DNA of 63,719 nucleotides, counting the filler, from Octopus bimaculoides (lineage: Eukaryota): NCBI RefSeq assembly GCF_001194135.2. It is 8 parts of 8 records of this genome, joined end to end, with 100 filler letters (N's around TTAATTAATTAA, not from the genome) between each part and the next. Parts side by side here need not be neighbours in the genome. Positions count along the whole stretch, not along the records: positions 16,619 to 45,327 come from NC_068987.1; 7 more parts are not named here. One strand, 5' to 3'. Below the pieces are notes generated by a model. It was not told where the DNA came from, made no database searches, and saw only the letters and a program-made list of their open reading frames with translations. The first letter of the stretch is position 1. Each line of letters starts with the position of its first letter. Below are positions 26,516-41,159 of this stretch, piece by piece. A program made the translations under genes and the position numbers.

Positions 26516-26844
26516 TGATGAATCCTGGAGGCTAAATCAGCTGAAACGTTGTGTTCACAACAAGCAAGATAAGGACAAATATCGTCAAATGTAAAATTAT
26601 AAACGGCAAATTTTAGCTGTATCTCCGCAGACTGAACAAGAAATGATAAAAACCTTAATCGAATTTCGAACCTTATTGGGTTCCCAGCAAAGGTATGTAC
26701 ATTATTTTGACAGACCCTAGAGAAACAAGTAGCCAAATTGTTTATATACTCAACAGACGCAGCATTTACTCTATGAAGGAGTCTCTAATTTGCATACCGA
26801 AAATGTTTAGCACTCTAGAAATACCAGTGGCCTGTCAAAGGTAT

Positions 26845-27045
26845 GATATAAGTATTTCTAATCTAGGCACAAGGCCTTGAAAATTTTAGGGTGAAAAGGG
26901 CTAGTCGGTTACATCGAAACCAGTGGGTAACTGGTACTTATTTCACCGACCCGGAAAGGATGAGAGGCAAAGTCGACCTCGGCGGATTTTGAACTCAGAA
27001 CGCAGTGGTAGACTAAATGCCATTGAGAATTTCGCCCAGCGTGCT
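26845..27045 (-). mobile_element. Meta-domain-like SINE
   Basis: ggcacaaggcc...actggtacttatttcaccgacccggaaaggatgagaggcaaagtcgacctcggcggattttgaactcagaacg. Confidence 0.75.
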
Positions 27046-27142
27046 CGTGGCCTTGTAAAATATATATAACTGTCAGATCGATCCAAAATCCTATACAATG
27101 GGGTGGTGCTTTATAAAATGTAATACAGGAAGGTTTATAAAT

Positions 27143-27223
<81 letters not shown>

Positions 27224-27594
27224 CATGTAAAACTGAAGACAATTTTAACTATGCAGACAATTGTCGAATGTGACAAAGAAAATATAGCGCTAATACAAGA
27301 TTATCATGAAGTCATAAAAATGCTATATTGGTATTCCTATATGGAATAATTGTCAAAGAATATACTGGATGTATTCTTTTATATTCGAATGAAAATAAAG
27401 TGCATTTTTGTTGTTTTATTTTGTTTATACATTTTTAAATTGGCCCTGATGTGAGGACATTTGATCTCTTATTCTTTTTATTGTCGTTATCGAGTCGATA
27501 AAATAAATTATTTCGGTTCTTGTACTTGAATTAAGAGCAACTGTCTTTCATAACTAGTAATTATTATAAGTTTAATATTTAATTTTATTTGATT

Positions 27595-27940
27595 ATTTTA
27601 CTTGTCTCAATCACTGGAGGGCGGCCTTGAAGAATGAGCGATTCAACACCAGTAATTAACTTTTTTAAGCCTGAATCTTTTGCCGAACCGGCAAGTTGTA
27701 GAGACGGAAACAAACCAACACCGATAATCAAACAGTGGTTGGGGAGTGGACTAACACTATCAATCTATCTATCTATCGATATATATATACACGAGAAACA
27801 CCTTTCATTTCCTCCTTCCAAACCCACTTATATGGCTTGGCCTGGACTGTAGTGTATGACATCTGTGCGAGGAGCCACGCAGTGAGACAGAACCCGCGAC
27901 GTGAGATTTGAAAGCAAGTTTCGTACCACACTGCCACACC
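27595..27940 (-). mobile_element. CORE-like SINE, degraded
   Basis: Tail ttttacttgtctcaatcact and head aagcaagtttcgtaccacactgccacacc on the reverse strand. Confidence 0.55.
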
Positions 27941-28404
27941 AACGTTTATGTGCATGAATTTTCTAATTACTATTAATATTATTTCAAATCCTTTTAAAAT
28001 TTCTGAAATATACGTTATATTTTTTTGCTTGCATCCTATTTGACGTAACATATTAAGCTATTATGTATTGCACAAATACATTCGAATTTTGTTTCTCTTT
28101 GAACGCCATATCATAGAAAACAGTTAATTTAATACAAACAGAAGCATGCAAGCCTGAATTTATATTTTGTCTTTTTGTCAAGATGGAAGGTGTGTTCATA
28201 ACATTTTTACAAGTTCACCAAAACAAATAGGAAGGACGGAATATAGCAAGGAACGAGAGACCCGGCTCAAACACTTTAAACTGAGTGCTTCGAAAAGTAT
28301 CGAGGTTGCCATGTAGCAGTGTTAACCTGGGCAAGAGAGTAGGTCTACTGTACTTGTGTGTGTTGTGTCTCACTATGCGCATGTACGCATATTGATATCT
28401 ACAT

Positions 28405-28605
28405 TGGTTTCAAATTTTGACACAAGAACCGCAATTTGGGGGACGGGGTAAATCGATTGCATCGACCCCAGTGCTCAACTGGTACTTGCTTTATCGATCC
28501 AGAGAGGGATGAAAGGCGCAGTCGACCTCGACGGAATTTGAATTCAGAACGTAAAGGCGGACGAAATGACGCATTTTGTTCACGATTCTGCCAGGTCGCC
28601 GCCAT
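28405..28605 (-). mobile_element. Meta-domain-like SINE
   Basis: ttttgacacaagaacc...tcgaccccagtgctcaactggtact...gatgaaaggcgcagtcgacctcgacggaatttgaattcagaacg. Confidence 0.8.
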
Positions 28606-29387
28606 ATCTATACCTAGATTAATTGGTCAACGTGAAAGAAACATCAAAGGATTTCGGATCTTCAGTTCTGAACAGAAACTAGTTGCGTGGCATTCGAGAT
28701 GTCGGTCCGAGTTGCACAAAGTTTTTTATGGTGGAAACTCAAAAGATACTTTGGACGACGCACATCCTAGCGTTGCTACTTACTGGCAAATAACGAGCAA
28801 AGAAAGAATCACTTGTTCTTTAGTGTGGCGTCAGATTTGATTCTTAGCCCAAAGCTGAGTTTTAATCGGTTTAGACACCACAAAAGAGCTACCAAAGAAA
28901 ATGTACCATTATAAGCTCGGTTAACCTGTTAGAAATAGGAGATAGATTTCTCACCAAGTCACTCCATAATTTCATGAATGTATAACTTACATATTACACC
29001 AGTACTTTACAAATTGTTTGACGTTGTGGTGCACTGGAGATCAAAGAAACATTTACTGATGCAATGCGTATTTTAAGATAAAAAAGAAGAATTAGGAAAG
29101 CGTAAAAAATGTTGCTTACCTTGTATTAATCATAGTTCTGTGTAATAAGACTTTGGATAACAGGTTTTTTGGAGACACAGATGTATTAGTGTAGTACAAG
29201 TAATGTATTAGCATAGAGATCTAATGCTTTAGCATATATTCTGTAAAGCCTTAAAGTATATTTGTTAAAATATGCGGCTCACGTTATCTATAAACGAGAA
29301 GCAGTATCTGTCTTGTATTTGTGTATTTGTGTGTGTATCTGTGTATGTGTGCGTGTGTGTATGTGTGTGTGTGTGTGTGTGTGTGTA

Positions 29388-29427
<40 letters not shown>

Positions 29428-29505
29428 CGTGCGTGTGTGCTTTTGCAATCGTGAATACGTATAAGCATATAGGTAGAAATAGAGATAGCTGGAATAATAT
29501 ACATA

Positions 29506-29700
29506 AAGGCGTCGAGTTGGTAGAAACGTTAGCACGCCAGGCGAAATGCTTAGCGGTATTTCGTCTGGCGCCATGTTCTGAGTTCAAATTCCGCGGATAT
29601 CGACTTTGCCTTTCATCCTTTCTGGGTCGATTAAATAAGTACTCGTAACGGACTTCCCGCTTCCACCGCAATCGCTAGCCTTGTGTCAAAATTTGGAACC
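29506..29700 (+). mobile_element. Meta-domain-like SINE
   Basis: ggcgtcgagttggtagaaacgttagcacgcc..ctgagttcaaattcc..cgactttgcctttcatcctttctgggtcgattaaataagtac. Confidence 0.8.
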
Positions 29701-29793
29701 AATATTGATATAGATACGCATACAGGAACACAGACACACAGCTACATACACACGCACACACACCATGTATACACACACACACACACACACACG

Positions 29794-29858
<65 letters not shown>

Positions 29859-31645
29859 AAACACCTACACGTTTTTTTTCTGCAAAATAGGGGTAGTTTA
29901 TCCTGTTCAAGCTATATTATTGGCATTATCCTGCGCTTGAGAATTTAAAATCACTTCTTTAACTTTCTAAGACATTCCAACGCTTCTAAAAGCAAACTTT
30001 GTTTGTTTGTTTACGTTTATCGTAATTTTTATTTTATATATATATATATATAAGAGAGAGAGTGAGAGGGAGAGAGATGGAAGGAGAGAGAGAGGGGGAA
30101 AGAGAGAGAGAGAGGGAGAGAGATAGAGAGAGGGAGAGAGATAGAGAGAGAGACAGAAACAGAGAGAGCTAAGCTTGTACGTATACCATTATATTCTTCA
30201 TATCACTTTCAAATGATGCTATATAAACGTTGCCATTAAACAAAAATGTGACGAAGAGAAATTGTGACCCATGAAAATATTTCTACAGCTCTTTCTAACA
30301 CTTTAGCATCTTGTTGGTGTGATGTGTATTACGCCAAATGGTGTGCTAATCCTTGCAAAAATACACAACGGACAATCGAAATTATAATCAACACTTAAGA
30401 GTGATACATCAATATGACGAAGCTGCAAGAGATCAAGTGTCGAAGGAGTGAAACAATACGAAACGATACGAAACCTATCTTTGAGAGCGTAGAAAGATTA
30501 ATAATAAGACGTAGAAAGAGAGGTACCAGTGTCGATGGGGGTGGAAACAGCGATAGGAAGAAAGGTTGTGACAAAGTAAAGGAGAACATTCAAATAAACG
30601 CAAGGGAGAGTGAAATAGGTGAGATAAGTACAAAAGAATAGAAATAAGGAAAATGGGAAAAGAGCAAGAAAAATATATGAAAATGAGAATTAGATTAGTC
30701 ACGTCAAAACATAAATGTAAGTTTGAGAAAAAATATAGTGTAGAAGTAAGATCAAAGGGAATACATTGAAAGAAAAAGAAAAACGAAAGGATGGAAACAG
30801 CTAGGTATCCCCTACCAAGCTAGTGGCAGGTGACCTTTTCTGCACCTGTAATAGAGGATAAGCTACAAAAGGTGTAGAGAGGAGCCGCAAAATAGATAAA
30901 TAAATAAAGAGGTAAAGATATAAAATCGGAACAAGATTTTTTTGTGATCAGGAAGATAGACTGAAGGAGAAGGAAAAGTAACCCGAAAGATATGTGAGAA
31001 GGGGCTATAAAAAGATTATCATATAATTATGAAGAGAAATGTAGGGACATTATGTCATAATTCTGATAGCCCTATTTTATACATTATAAAAAAACAACAA
31101 CATAATATAAGCTGTTAGAACGAAAAATAGGTCAACTGTTTATTTGGAGTATATTGATCAGATTTAAAATGTAGACCTTTCAAAACTTCGATATCTGCAG
31201 AACGTACTTGCTTCAGGTATTTTCTGTACATGGGATTCAGAAGAAAGTTTTTGGTTCTTCATCTCATGTAGCTTGATCGTATTAATGTGTCATTCTTAAG
31301 CATTGATAATAATTTCGATACATAACATTATTATACACACCTGTTCACAGAATACCAACAAAACGCCGAATGTTTGAAACAGCTGTAAGCAAATTATATG
31401 GATTAGAATTTCGTCTCCATCAAATATTTGTACGCTTTCAAGTATTTAATAACAAATGTGAATGTTATAAGTGATATCATGCCACATCACCGTAAACATT
31501 TGTCTTTTCATTATACGCTACTCATCTTCCACAGAATTAATTCTGTCATGTTTAAGCTATTGGATTTTGAGGGTCTCGGATACTCTGAACACTAATAGCG
31601 TGTTCATTTATGATTAGGTTACAAAACTAACTTCTTACCACAGAC

Positions 31646-31745
31646 TTGGTGTACTGATGAGGTGTAGTGCATAATTATATGTCTCTACTACTTTTACGTA
31701 TTTATTTTGGCATTACCGCGAAACACGCATGTGTAGTATTCAATG
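31646..31745 (+). ncRNA. Type I hammerhead-like motif (long stem II, poor stem I)
   Basis: CTGATGA 31654-31660; stem II ggtgtagtgc/gcattaccgc (8 of 10 pairs, closing G-C); GAAA 31720-31723; stem III ACAC/GTGT; GUA triplet ending at 31735. Stem I does not pair in register. Confidence 0.35.
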
Positions 31746-32158
31746 TTATATTGCATAGTACACCTGTTTTCTGCTTACTATAATGTGTGTGTGTGTGTGA
31801 GTGTGTGCCTTCGGATTTGGATTTCAGCGTGTATCTATGCCCACAAGTAGTCTGTGTCAAAGATATTGTGTAAGAGTATGTTTTGTGATTCGGAAGTTCC
31901 CAATATTTCGTGTAAAAAATAAAATAGAGAATCGAAACTGCATCGTTGATTCGTATTCGGCAGATTTAACTGCATTATCTCCAATAATAGTCACTGCAGA
32001 ATCTATAATTGATTAAATGTTCGTATATTTAAAATGTAACATGAATAAACACGGATATTGCAATATATATGTGCGTGTATGTATGTGTGTGAATGTGAGT
32101 ATGCACGTCTACGTTGGAATTGAACTTTGTATATATGCATGTATTGATGTATATAAAC

Positions 32159-32195
<37 letters not shown>

Positions 32196-32357
32196 CATAC
32201 ACACACACATATATATACATGTATACATACATATATATACAAACATCTATGCTCATCTGGATATGCAAACGTTTACAGCAATACACACATACACACAGAA
32301 ATATATATGTGTGTGTGTGTGTGTGTGTATTTATATAGATGTATATAAACATGTGTG

Positions 32358-32395
<38 letters not shown>

Positions 32396-32439
32396 CTGTA
32401 TATGCTATTTATATACATATATTAATGCACACACACACA

Positions 32440-32485
<46 letters not shown>

Positions 32486-33688
32486 CACACATATATACCC
32501 TTACTCAGATATACTTATATATATACAGGTATGTGTATGTGCGTATTTCTGCTCATAAAGCGAAGCCAAATGTAAAGTAGATAGATATGGATTATAAATT
32601 ATATCATAAGAGGAGAAAATTATGATTAAATATAAATTTCATTGAATATTTATATACAACAATCCCAAACAGTCACACAATGAGCTCATTTAAACAGCTT
32701 ATACAATACCTATATATATGGAGATACGAACACATGGCGGTACGCACATATAGATAATGGTCAAGACGTAGAGTCATATACAAGCACAAACGTATGCATA
32801 TATAAATTCATTAATATATGTGTGTGCGTGTATGTGCGTGCGTGTGTGTATGCATTGTGTGTGTCTGTGTGTACCTTTAAGCATGTAATACACACACACA
32901 CACACACACGCACACACACACATATATATATATATATATGTATACATATATATATATNNNNNNNNNNNNNNNNNNNNNNNNNNNNNNNNNNNNNNNNNNN
33001 NNNNNNNNNNNNNNNNNNNNNNNNNNNNNNNNNNNNNNNNNNNNNNNNNNNNNNNNNNNNNNNNNNNNNNNNNNNNNNNNNNNNNNNNNNNNNNNNNNNN
33101 NNNNNNNNNNNNNNNNNNNNNNNNNNNNNNNNNNNNNNNNNNNNNNNNNNNNNNNNNNNNNNNNNNNNNNNNNNNNNNNNNNNNNNNNNNNNNNNNNNNN
33201 NNNNNNNNNNNNNNNNNNNNNNNNNNNNNNNNNNNNNNNNNNNNNNNNNNNNNNNNNNNNNNNNNNNNNNNNNNNNNNNNNNNNNNNNNNNNNNNNNNNN
33301 NNNNNNNNNNNNNNNNNNNNNNNNNNNNNNNNNNNNNNNNNNNNNNNNNNNNNNNNNNNNNNNNNNNNNNNNNNNNNNNNNNNNNNNNNNNNNNNNNNNN
33401 NNNNNNNNNNNNNNNNNNNNNNNNNNNNNNNNNNNNNNNNNNNNNNNNNNNNNNNNNNNNNNNNNNNNNNNNNNNNNNNNNNNNNNNNNNNNNNNNNNNN
33501 NNNNNNNNNNNNNNNNNNNNNNNNNNNNNNNNNNNNNNNNNNNNNNNNNNNNNNNNNNNNNNNNNNNNNNNNNNNNNNNNNNNNNNNNNNNNNNNNNNNN
33601 NNNNNNNNNNNNNNNNNNNNNNNNNNNNNNNNNNNNNNNNNNNNNNNNNNNNNNNNNNNNNNNNNNNNNNNNNNNNNNNNNNNNNNNN

Positions 33689-33737
<49 letters not shown>

Positions 33738-34309
33738 TAGATAAAGATCTTAAAGTAGAATAAATAACTAAACACCGCTGGATTATTTTATCTGAACAAC
33801 GACAATTGTAATAACACCGTCAGCAAGAGCAGCAACAACAATACTGCAATCACTTTCATCAAGATTGTTGCGATTAATGTGGTCTCACATCCTGCTAGAA
33901 ATAGCTGGTATATATCATTGAAATCACACATCGCTGTTTAAAAAAGAAAGGAAGGATTGTCGCAAAATATTCGGTAATGTAATCAATCCTGCATACATCT
34001 TGTTTGTAAAAAGTGACTGTACAGACAAGGCTGGAACGCCATTGATTATAGTTGTGCTGAAACATGGCTAAATTGGAGAAAAATAAAAATAAGAAGAGCA
34101 ACAACAACAATGTCACCACACCCACTACCATCACCGTCCCCATCAACAAAAGCTACAAAGAACCAACGATGACTTTTCTGTGAAGTCGCTTGAATCACAA
34201 AATATAGGAACCAAATCTCTTTCATATTGCACACTACCTTCACCTTAGAAAGAGGAAATAAAGGACACATTCAATTATTAATATTAGATATTCCTAAGAC
34301 AGCGAGTTA

Positions 34310-34520
34310 TGAGAATCTTTAGCAAGCCGAGCAAAATGCTTAGCGGCATTTCGTCCGTCTTTATGTTCTGCGTTCAAATTCCTGAGGTCGACATTGCCCT
34401 TCATTCCCTTCGGGGTGGATAAAATAAGTACTAGTAAAGCAGTGGCGTCGATGTACTCGACTTACCCCTTCCCCCCAAATTATTGCCCTTGTAGCAAAAT
34501 TTGAAACAAATATTAGTCCT
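34310..34520 (+). mobile_element. Meta-domain-like SINE
   Basis: aatgcttagcggcatttcgtcc..gttcaaattcc..gaggtcgacattgcccttcattcccttcggggtggataaaataagtac. Confidence 0.75.
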
Positions 34521-35589
34521 AATAAACTTACACGGGTACACCTCAAACAAGTGTGATATGTGGCTAAAGTCCTAACTAGTATAGCAAAAACAGTTATAGT
34601 TACATAAATAATGAGAATTCAAGGGTTCAATCAACTGATTAATCTCCTCCTGAATTAATGTGTAAGTGACTGAGTATTCCTCAGACACGTTTATTTCAGT
34701 CAGATTTAGCGTGACACAATGTGTGTCACATCGCTGTATCATTACGTATACAATCTGTCTTTAAAGAAATAAAACAGACGATATAATTCAATGCTACTCA
34801 ATGTATTCAACGGCTAGTGATGAAATACCAAATAGACCACAGTGAAGTTCGAACTCGGAACGAAAATGAGTATAATGTCTGCCTATCCATTCAACTTTAT
34901 GCTGAAGATGCTACGTAGTCGAATCGTACCTGGAACCCCCTTTGCTGCTCAGATATTTCCGTAACCATTTGACCATAATGCACCTAAAGGCAGTAATGTT
35001 AGAATGACTATGACTATTAAAAAAGTTTGTTGCGGGGAGACACTTAGTTGACATCGACAGCATATGAATTCAGCTCATAAAGAGTTGTCTATAAACACCG
35101 TAATGCATTTCGACTATTTTAATTCTTCTGTCAATTCACCGCTCTAATAACGATCATAATCATTACTATTTCAAAATATACACGACCTAAAACTTGAGTG
35201 ACAATGGTTAGTTGATTAAGTCTATTCAAGGTCTTGACTTTTTAATTTATCTTCTACGTAATTAACATATACAAAACTAGTATCGAATTGAACTTAGGCA
35301 AATGGTTGTACTTAAATACTGCAAAGTCATTTGTCCAGCTTTCTAACCACTGTGTCGATCTGCTGTTTTATAGAAACTGCAGCTGCTCATAGCACAGAAG
35401 TTTTGGTTAGTGTGGGGTGACTTTTTACATAAGCAAAACGCCGTTATACTTGGCTGGCATTCTATTTTATCGATATAGGAGGGATGAAAAGCAAAGTTAA
35501 TCTCAATAGGATATGAGGTCAAAACTCAACATTACAAGGTAATTCGACTGACTATATACGTATTTTCGCAACTCAAAGTCCCAAAATAG

Positions 35590-35802
35590 GTTTCAGATTT
35601 TGACACAAGGCCATCAATTTTCAGGTAGAAGCAAGTCGATTACATCGACTCCAGTATTCAACTGGTACTTAATTTATCCATCCCGAAAGGATGAAAAGAA
35701 AAGCCGACTTCGACGGAATTTGATTTCAGAGCGTAGAGGGCTAGAAGAAATATGTTAGATTTTTGCCCGACTCGCTAACGGATCTGCCAGCACACCGCCT
35801 CC
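35590..35802 (-). mobile_element. Meta-domain-like SINE
   Basis: ttttgacacaaggcc..aagtcgattacatcgactccagtattcaactggtacttaatttatccatcccgaaaggatgaaa. Confidence 0.75.
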
Positions 35803-36599
35803 CGCCGTCCATATATCGACAATCTTTGCAATGTAAACAAATGTCATCAAGTATACCATTTGATAAATGCAGTGAGATAATCTAGCATCTGCCAATATCA
35901 ACATAACGCAAACATTTATTCGATGAGTAATGATAACGTCATCAATCTAAACATAAAGATGAAAAAAAATTAAACTACAGCAAAATGACAAAACGAAGTA
36001 TTATACTGTATAACGAAGGGGGCTGATCAGCCGAATTCTTAGTTGGACAAAGATTATGGTACTACTCTTCCGAGTACAATCTTCGTTCTGGTCTTTTTTG
36101 CATTTTATCATTCCGCGTTCGATACGAGTTGCAGTCGACTTTTTCCCTTCCACCAAATTCCTGTTCAACTGCCTGTAAGATTTAATCTTTTACTTGATTC
36201 ACTCAGTAGACTGCAGCTGCGCTTGGGAACTACCTTGAAGAACATTAGTCGAACGGCTAGAAGCCAAGACTTATTGCTTTAAGCCTCGTACTTACTCTAT
36301 CGGTCTCTTCTGCCGTAACGTTAGTCACATGGACGTAAGCACACATGCACGCACGCGCACACATGCACGCACAAACACATACACACAAACACATGCATAC
36401 ATATATACATATGGTGGGAAACAACTTCATTCCATGCAGCCACACCTGTAAGATAATCATGATTAAGAACAATTACATCAATCATTGCCAACTAGAGAAG
36501 CAACAATATCAGCACCAATAAACGAGGATTTCTTCTACATTTGTCGATTGGTCTGACAGTACTTGTAGCTAAAGTTCCATCAAATCATATCCTACGCCA

Positions 36600-36858
36600 A
36601 ATGTTGTTGATGGAAGACCAGCAGTCACCCATGCATATCAGCCTCCCCTCTCCACACGACTGATGTTATCCAAGGGAAAGGCAAAGGCCGATACAGCTAG
36701 GCATGTGTGACGTTACGACTCATTTCTAGAAATGAGTGAACTGGAGCAACGTGAAATAAATTCTTGCTCAAGAATACACACACACATCTTAGCCTAGGAA
36801 TCGAACTTTCTGCCTCATGATTATGAGCCCGACGCTCTAACCACTGACCCATGCGTCT
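36600..36858 (-). mobile_element. tRNA-derived SINE with CORE/V-like central domain
   Basis: Reverse strand: atgggtcagtggttagagcgtc head, ttcttgagcaag..tttatttcacgttgctccagttcactc core; homologous to 60579-60912. Confidence 0.7.
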
Positions 36859-39800
36859 TTCATCATAGGTGCTGTATTAAGGCTGATCTTGGGCTAAACA
36901 ACGGTCAGTACTGTAGCAAATCAGGCGGAATAACGGCACCAGAAACACAATATTGACAACACAGTAAAACAACAAAGGCAAAGCAGCAGCAGTAGTATCG
37001 TGAGAAAACAATGTAAATGGAAAATATCGTCAGAATTGTGATAAACTATATTGTGTGTTCGTATGAATGGTTGTATATGTCTGTATTTATTATATATGTA
37101 TGTGTGAGATGCGGAACGGTTCCTGTTTGTGTTTCATGAATGATAAGAACGGTGTTGACGGCTTAGAATTGAGAGGGAGGATGATTATTGAAATATATTT
37201 CCAGATGGTTCCAGATGGTTCCACTTCGTTGCCCCATTACTCGTGTCTCAGAGTTTCATTTACAAATGTTATTGTCTTAGTTTTATTATTGTATTTTGTA
37301 TGTCTGTTGTATGTTGTTATATATTGATTCCCGATTGAAGCATAAGGGCGCAAATGCTTGGTTTTCTTTCTTTTTTTTTTTGAGAGACCGACGTTTGGTT
37401 TTTAAAGTCGATTAAAACGAGTCTAGCGTTTATCTAGTGCTTCCTTGTATCAAATGAGGAAAGAAAATGCTATAATAACGAACACGGTGAGAAAATGAAC
37501 ACAACTAGGCATTATAACTGGCGTTCTACCGATTGAGCGTTTGTTATATAAGACTTATAACTTTCGTCCAATGATGTAAAATTCTTTGCTGGGTATATAT
37601 AAGAAAATTGATTAAATTGTCATTAACACTAACTTGATAATTATTCTAACCCAAGGAAAGACGAAAAACGAAAGTGATGTGGGTATGATTTGAACTATCT
37701 AACTAAAGGTATGCAATTGAATCGTGTGAGAATATTTTGTTTGATATTCTGGATTTGCTACCAAAGCAGAAACTTTGGAATTGCACTTATTTAATTTTTT
37801 TTATTTTGAATTATGTAATAAAATTGCATTTGGTCAATACACAACTTGTAAAACTGAGAGGTGTTTATAATGCACTCGACCAAAAAGGAAATATTTAGAA
37901 AAGCTAACGCCCTCCGAGGTAAAAGTAAATGAAGGGATTTGATTGCCCGAGACAAAATGGGTGGACACAGAAAAATAGATAAATCCTGCGTAGGTGTTGA
38001 TGATCCTACGAAACCAGAGTTAGAAAAAGCAGAGAAAGGGCGGTTTGTGAGCGACTTCACTCCATTTAATTGAGTGACTTTTTCCACGAGGTGTAATTTT
38101 CCACCAAAGTATGTAATAGTTGCAACAACACTGTTCAAAATAGAGTGGAAGACAATATTCCATTGTTATTAGAATGCAGAGACATGTAATCACAACGGTT
38201 AGAAATGTTGATGGTGCAGTGTAACTTTGTATATTGAAATCAGTATTTGACGTATTTGGGAGAGATGAAATTGGCCTTAGCGGCATGGCTGTCCACCTGA
38301 TGGATATTGCCTTATTAAGAATGTTTTATATAAATGCTTTGTATTTGCACTTGGGAAAGTGAATGAATATAATGCAGCTATGTCAAACAATTTTTAATGA
38401 AGATACTAAAATCACGCTTGTAGCTTTAGGAATGGAAGTAAAGGTCATACTACATGTTTAGCAAACTTTCTATGGATGATTATTGTAAAAATATTTGGTA
38501 TGACATTGCTTGTTCTATCATACGCTAAACTCAGCTGTGTAAATTTAGTGATGATAAATGCCGTTTGTTTATTCTCAAAACCTAAGAAATATTTAGGTGT
38601 ACACAAAATTTCATTAATCAATGATGTGTGGTTATGATACAGTGTCCGCACGTGTAATGTATGACTTTACTACACAATACTAAAAATTAAGCTATTACCT
38701 TTAACCTGAACACTATTAGTAATACAAATCAACTCCTGAATTATTACCCACGTTAGTATAACTTCTATTTTGCTATATTTCTGTTTTTCTACCAAAGCTT
38801 ACATTCTCTAGTCCCCTTTAAATTTACTACTTAGTTTCGATTAACACAACAGAAACTTATAGCTATAATATATCCGAATGTTCAGCTTGGATTCATATCA
38901 TCCAAGCAGCGTTGCAACTGATTATATTTTCACTATGGTACTACTGCATCCTGAATGCTTGATTTTTATTGGCAGTTCAGCACTACCATATAGAGATAGT
39001 AATGATAAATATAATTAGTATTTATCTTTAGCTGTAAACCATTTCTCATTAATTAGTGATACAATGTCTACATATGTTCTGCAAGTACTTGCTATATTTC
39101 ATTAATAGTTAAACTATTAGCGTGAAACTTAGTGCACTAATAATCCTATGAGTTAAGTCTAAAAACCGTAACCCTACACGCTGCGTTAGTTAGCAAAGTT
39201 TTCTATTTCACTAGCCTTTCTTTATTTGATTATATACGATTTCAGCATACACGATTATGTTATATTAGATCCCTTGTCACTCCTGTTTACATAACATGTA
39301 GCTTTGTCTATGTTACATCCTAATTCTCAAGATTGATAGGATACGGTACATATCGACGTGAGCATGTGTCTTTTTCTCTGTGTGTGTGTTTGTGAGTGTG
39401 TGTGGGTGTCTGTGTGTCTGTCTGTGTGTGCGTGTGTGTGAGTGTCTGGAAATTGTTAGTGTGTGTGTGTGTGTGTGAATATATTTGAGTGTAGGTAGGG
39501 AGAAATAATGGATATAGACTACTTTTATTGGTTGTCTATTCATGATGAAGTATTCTTACTACTTTAAGGAATCTATTATATTGGTATAAACATTTTTGTG
39601 TAGGGAAACTCATGTCTGTGCGTGTGTGCGTCTGTGTCCGTGTGTGTATGTGGAAGCTGGTCTGTTTGTAAGCATGGTTATGTGTATGTATGTATGTATG
39701 TATGAGTCTCCGAAAATTCATATGCTGTGTACGTGTGTTTGTGTGCGCGCGAGCTATAAATTGTCTTAGAATAAGATACCTCTCTGTGCCTGAAATTCCG

Positions 39801-40694
39801 TATTGGTGTGAACCTAAACATCAAAAGTATAATACATACCTTTATATTTAACATACCAGGCGCTCAGTCTTTTTTTCACAGCCCCAAATTATATCCTCCG
39901 TATTTCTTCTCGTTATCTATATTACTTTCTATTTTTTACTGTATATATTCATTTGAACTGCATGGGATATTTCGCCAAAGCTTTGCAAAACAAATCTTTG
40001 CGATTAGCTTATTTTAGATTCGAGTTTGCTGTATTTTTCCTTAGTTTTGTATTAATATACTTGCCATGGTCTTTTTAGCACGTTCTGAATAAGGCCATTC
40101 TAAAATTTGTAACGCTAAAGTCTCCAGAATATATCTATTATCGGCTAGTATGTAATGAGAAAACTTGCTAATTCGTAGTCAGTTATAGTCCTTGACGTTC
40201 TGATGTGTACTCTGTTCAATATGTTACAGTACAGTTATATTTATAAATACGTGTGTGGGGGCTCCTTTGTGCGTTTGTAAGTGTGTGTCTGTGTATGTTT
40301 ATGTGTGTGTCAGTGTGTGTGTCTGTCACGTTTAATATCTGGTTATTTTTTCATATATATTCTTCACAATTTCGCTTCCTGGATTTTCAAAACCACGATC
40401 AGGTTATCAGTGAGCATTAACTACAGTTGTTCTCCAAAGCTGCCCGGGAAGTGAAAAGCATACAGTGAGATTTGTGATGCTTCAAATCACCAATCTGTTT
40501 ATTACACACGCACACACATACATATATGTACGTACATGCACACACATACATACATATATATATANNNNNNNNNNNNNNNNNNNNNNNNNNNNNNNNNNNN
40601 NNNNNNNNNNNNNNNNNNNNNNNNNNNNNNNNNNNNNNNNNNNNNNNNNNNNNNNNNNNNNNNNNNNNNNNNNNNNNNNNNNNNNNNNNNNNNN

Positions 40695-40735
<41 letters not shown>

Positions 40736-40747
40736 ATATATTTATAC

Positions 40748-40915
40748 AGAGTGAGAATTTACAAAAAAAAAAAAAGATGAAGACGGGTGTGTAATCAAAA
40801 AAATGGATGTATTATTCTAACGTTCGGGAAGTGAGAAAGTCGTTTACGTTTCGAGCCTACGCTCTTCGACAGAAACGAACATAGAAATAAAGAGAAAGAA
40901 AATAGGAAAGAAGGT
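40748..40915 (-). mobile_element. Short Penelope-related element with hammerhead-like motif
   Basis: Reverse strand tcgtttCTGTCGAaGAGCgtagGCTCGAAAcgtaaacgac. Confidence 0.6.
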
Positions 40916-41159
40916 TTAGTGGCTAGCGATCTATTATACATATATGTGTATGTGTATATATCTATACACGCACACATGCACATAAACGCAAACAGTTGGA
41001 CGTGGAGTTATGTAGTGAGTCAAGAAAGCCATACCCTTTTCCCGCAGGCTGGTAGAGTTGTGCTTTGACAACTAGCCAATCAAATCTGGTTGTGTACCTA
41101 TAAAAGCAGAAGTCTTCAGTCCAGTAGGAGCGTGCCTTTATGCACACAGTCATGAGAAG

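Noticed and set aside
30395-30702. Purine-rich ORFs (K/R/E-rich on +, F/L/S-rich on -)
   Set aside because: Explained by GA-rich low-complexity sequence.
37791-38286. 115-aa and 88-aa minus-strand ORFs
   Set aside because: No motif, no splice support and composition like background; probably a TE remnant or chance.
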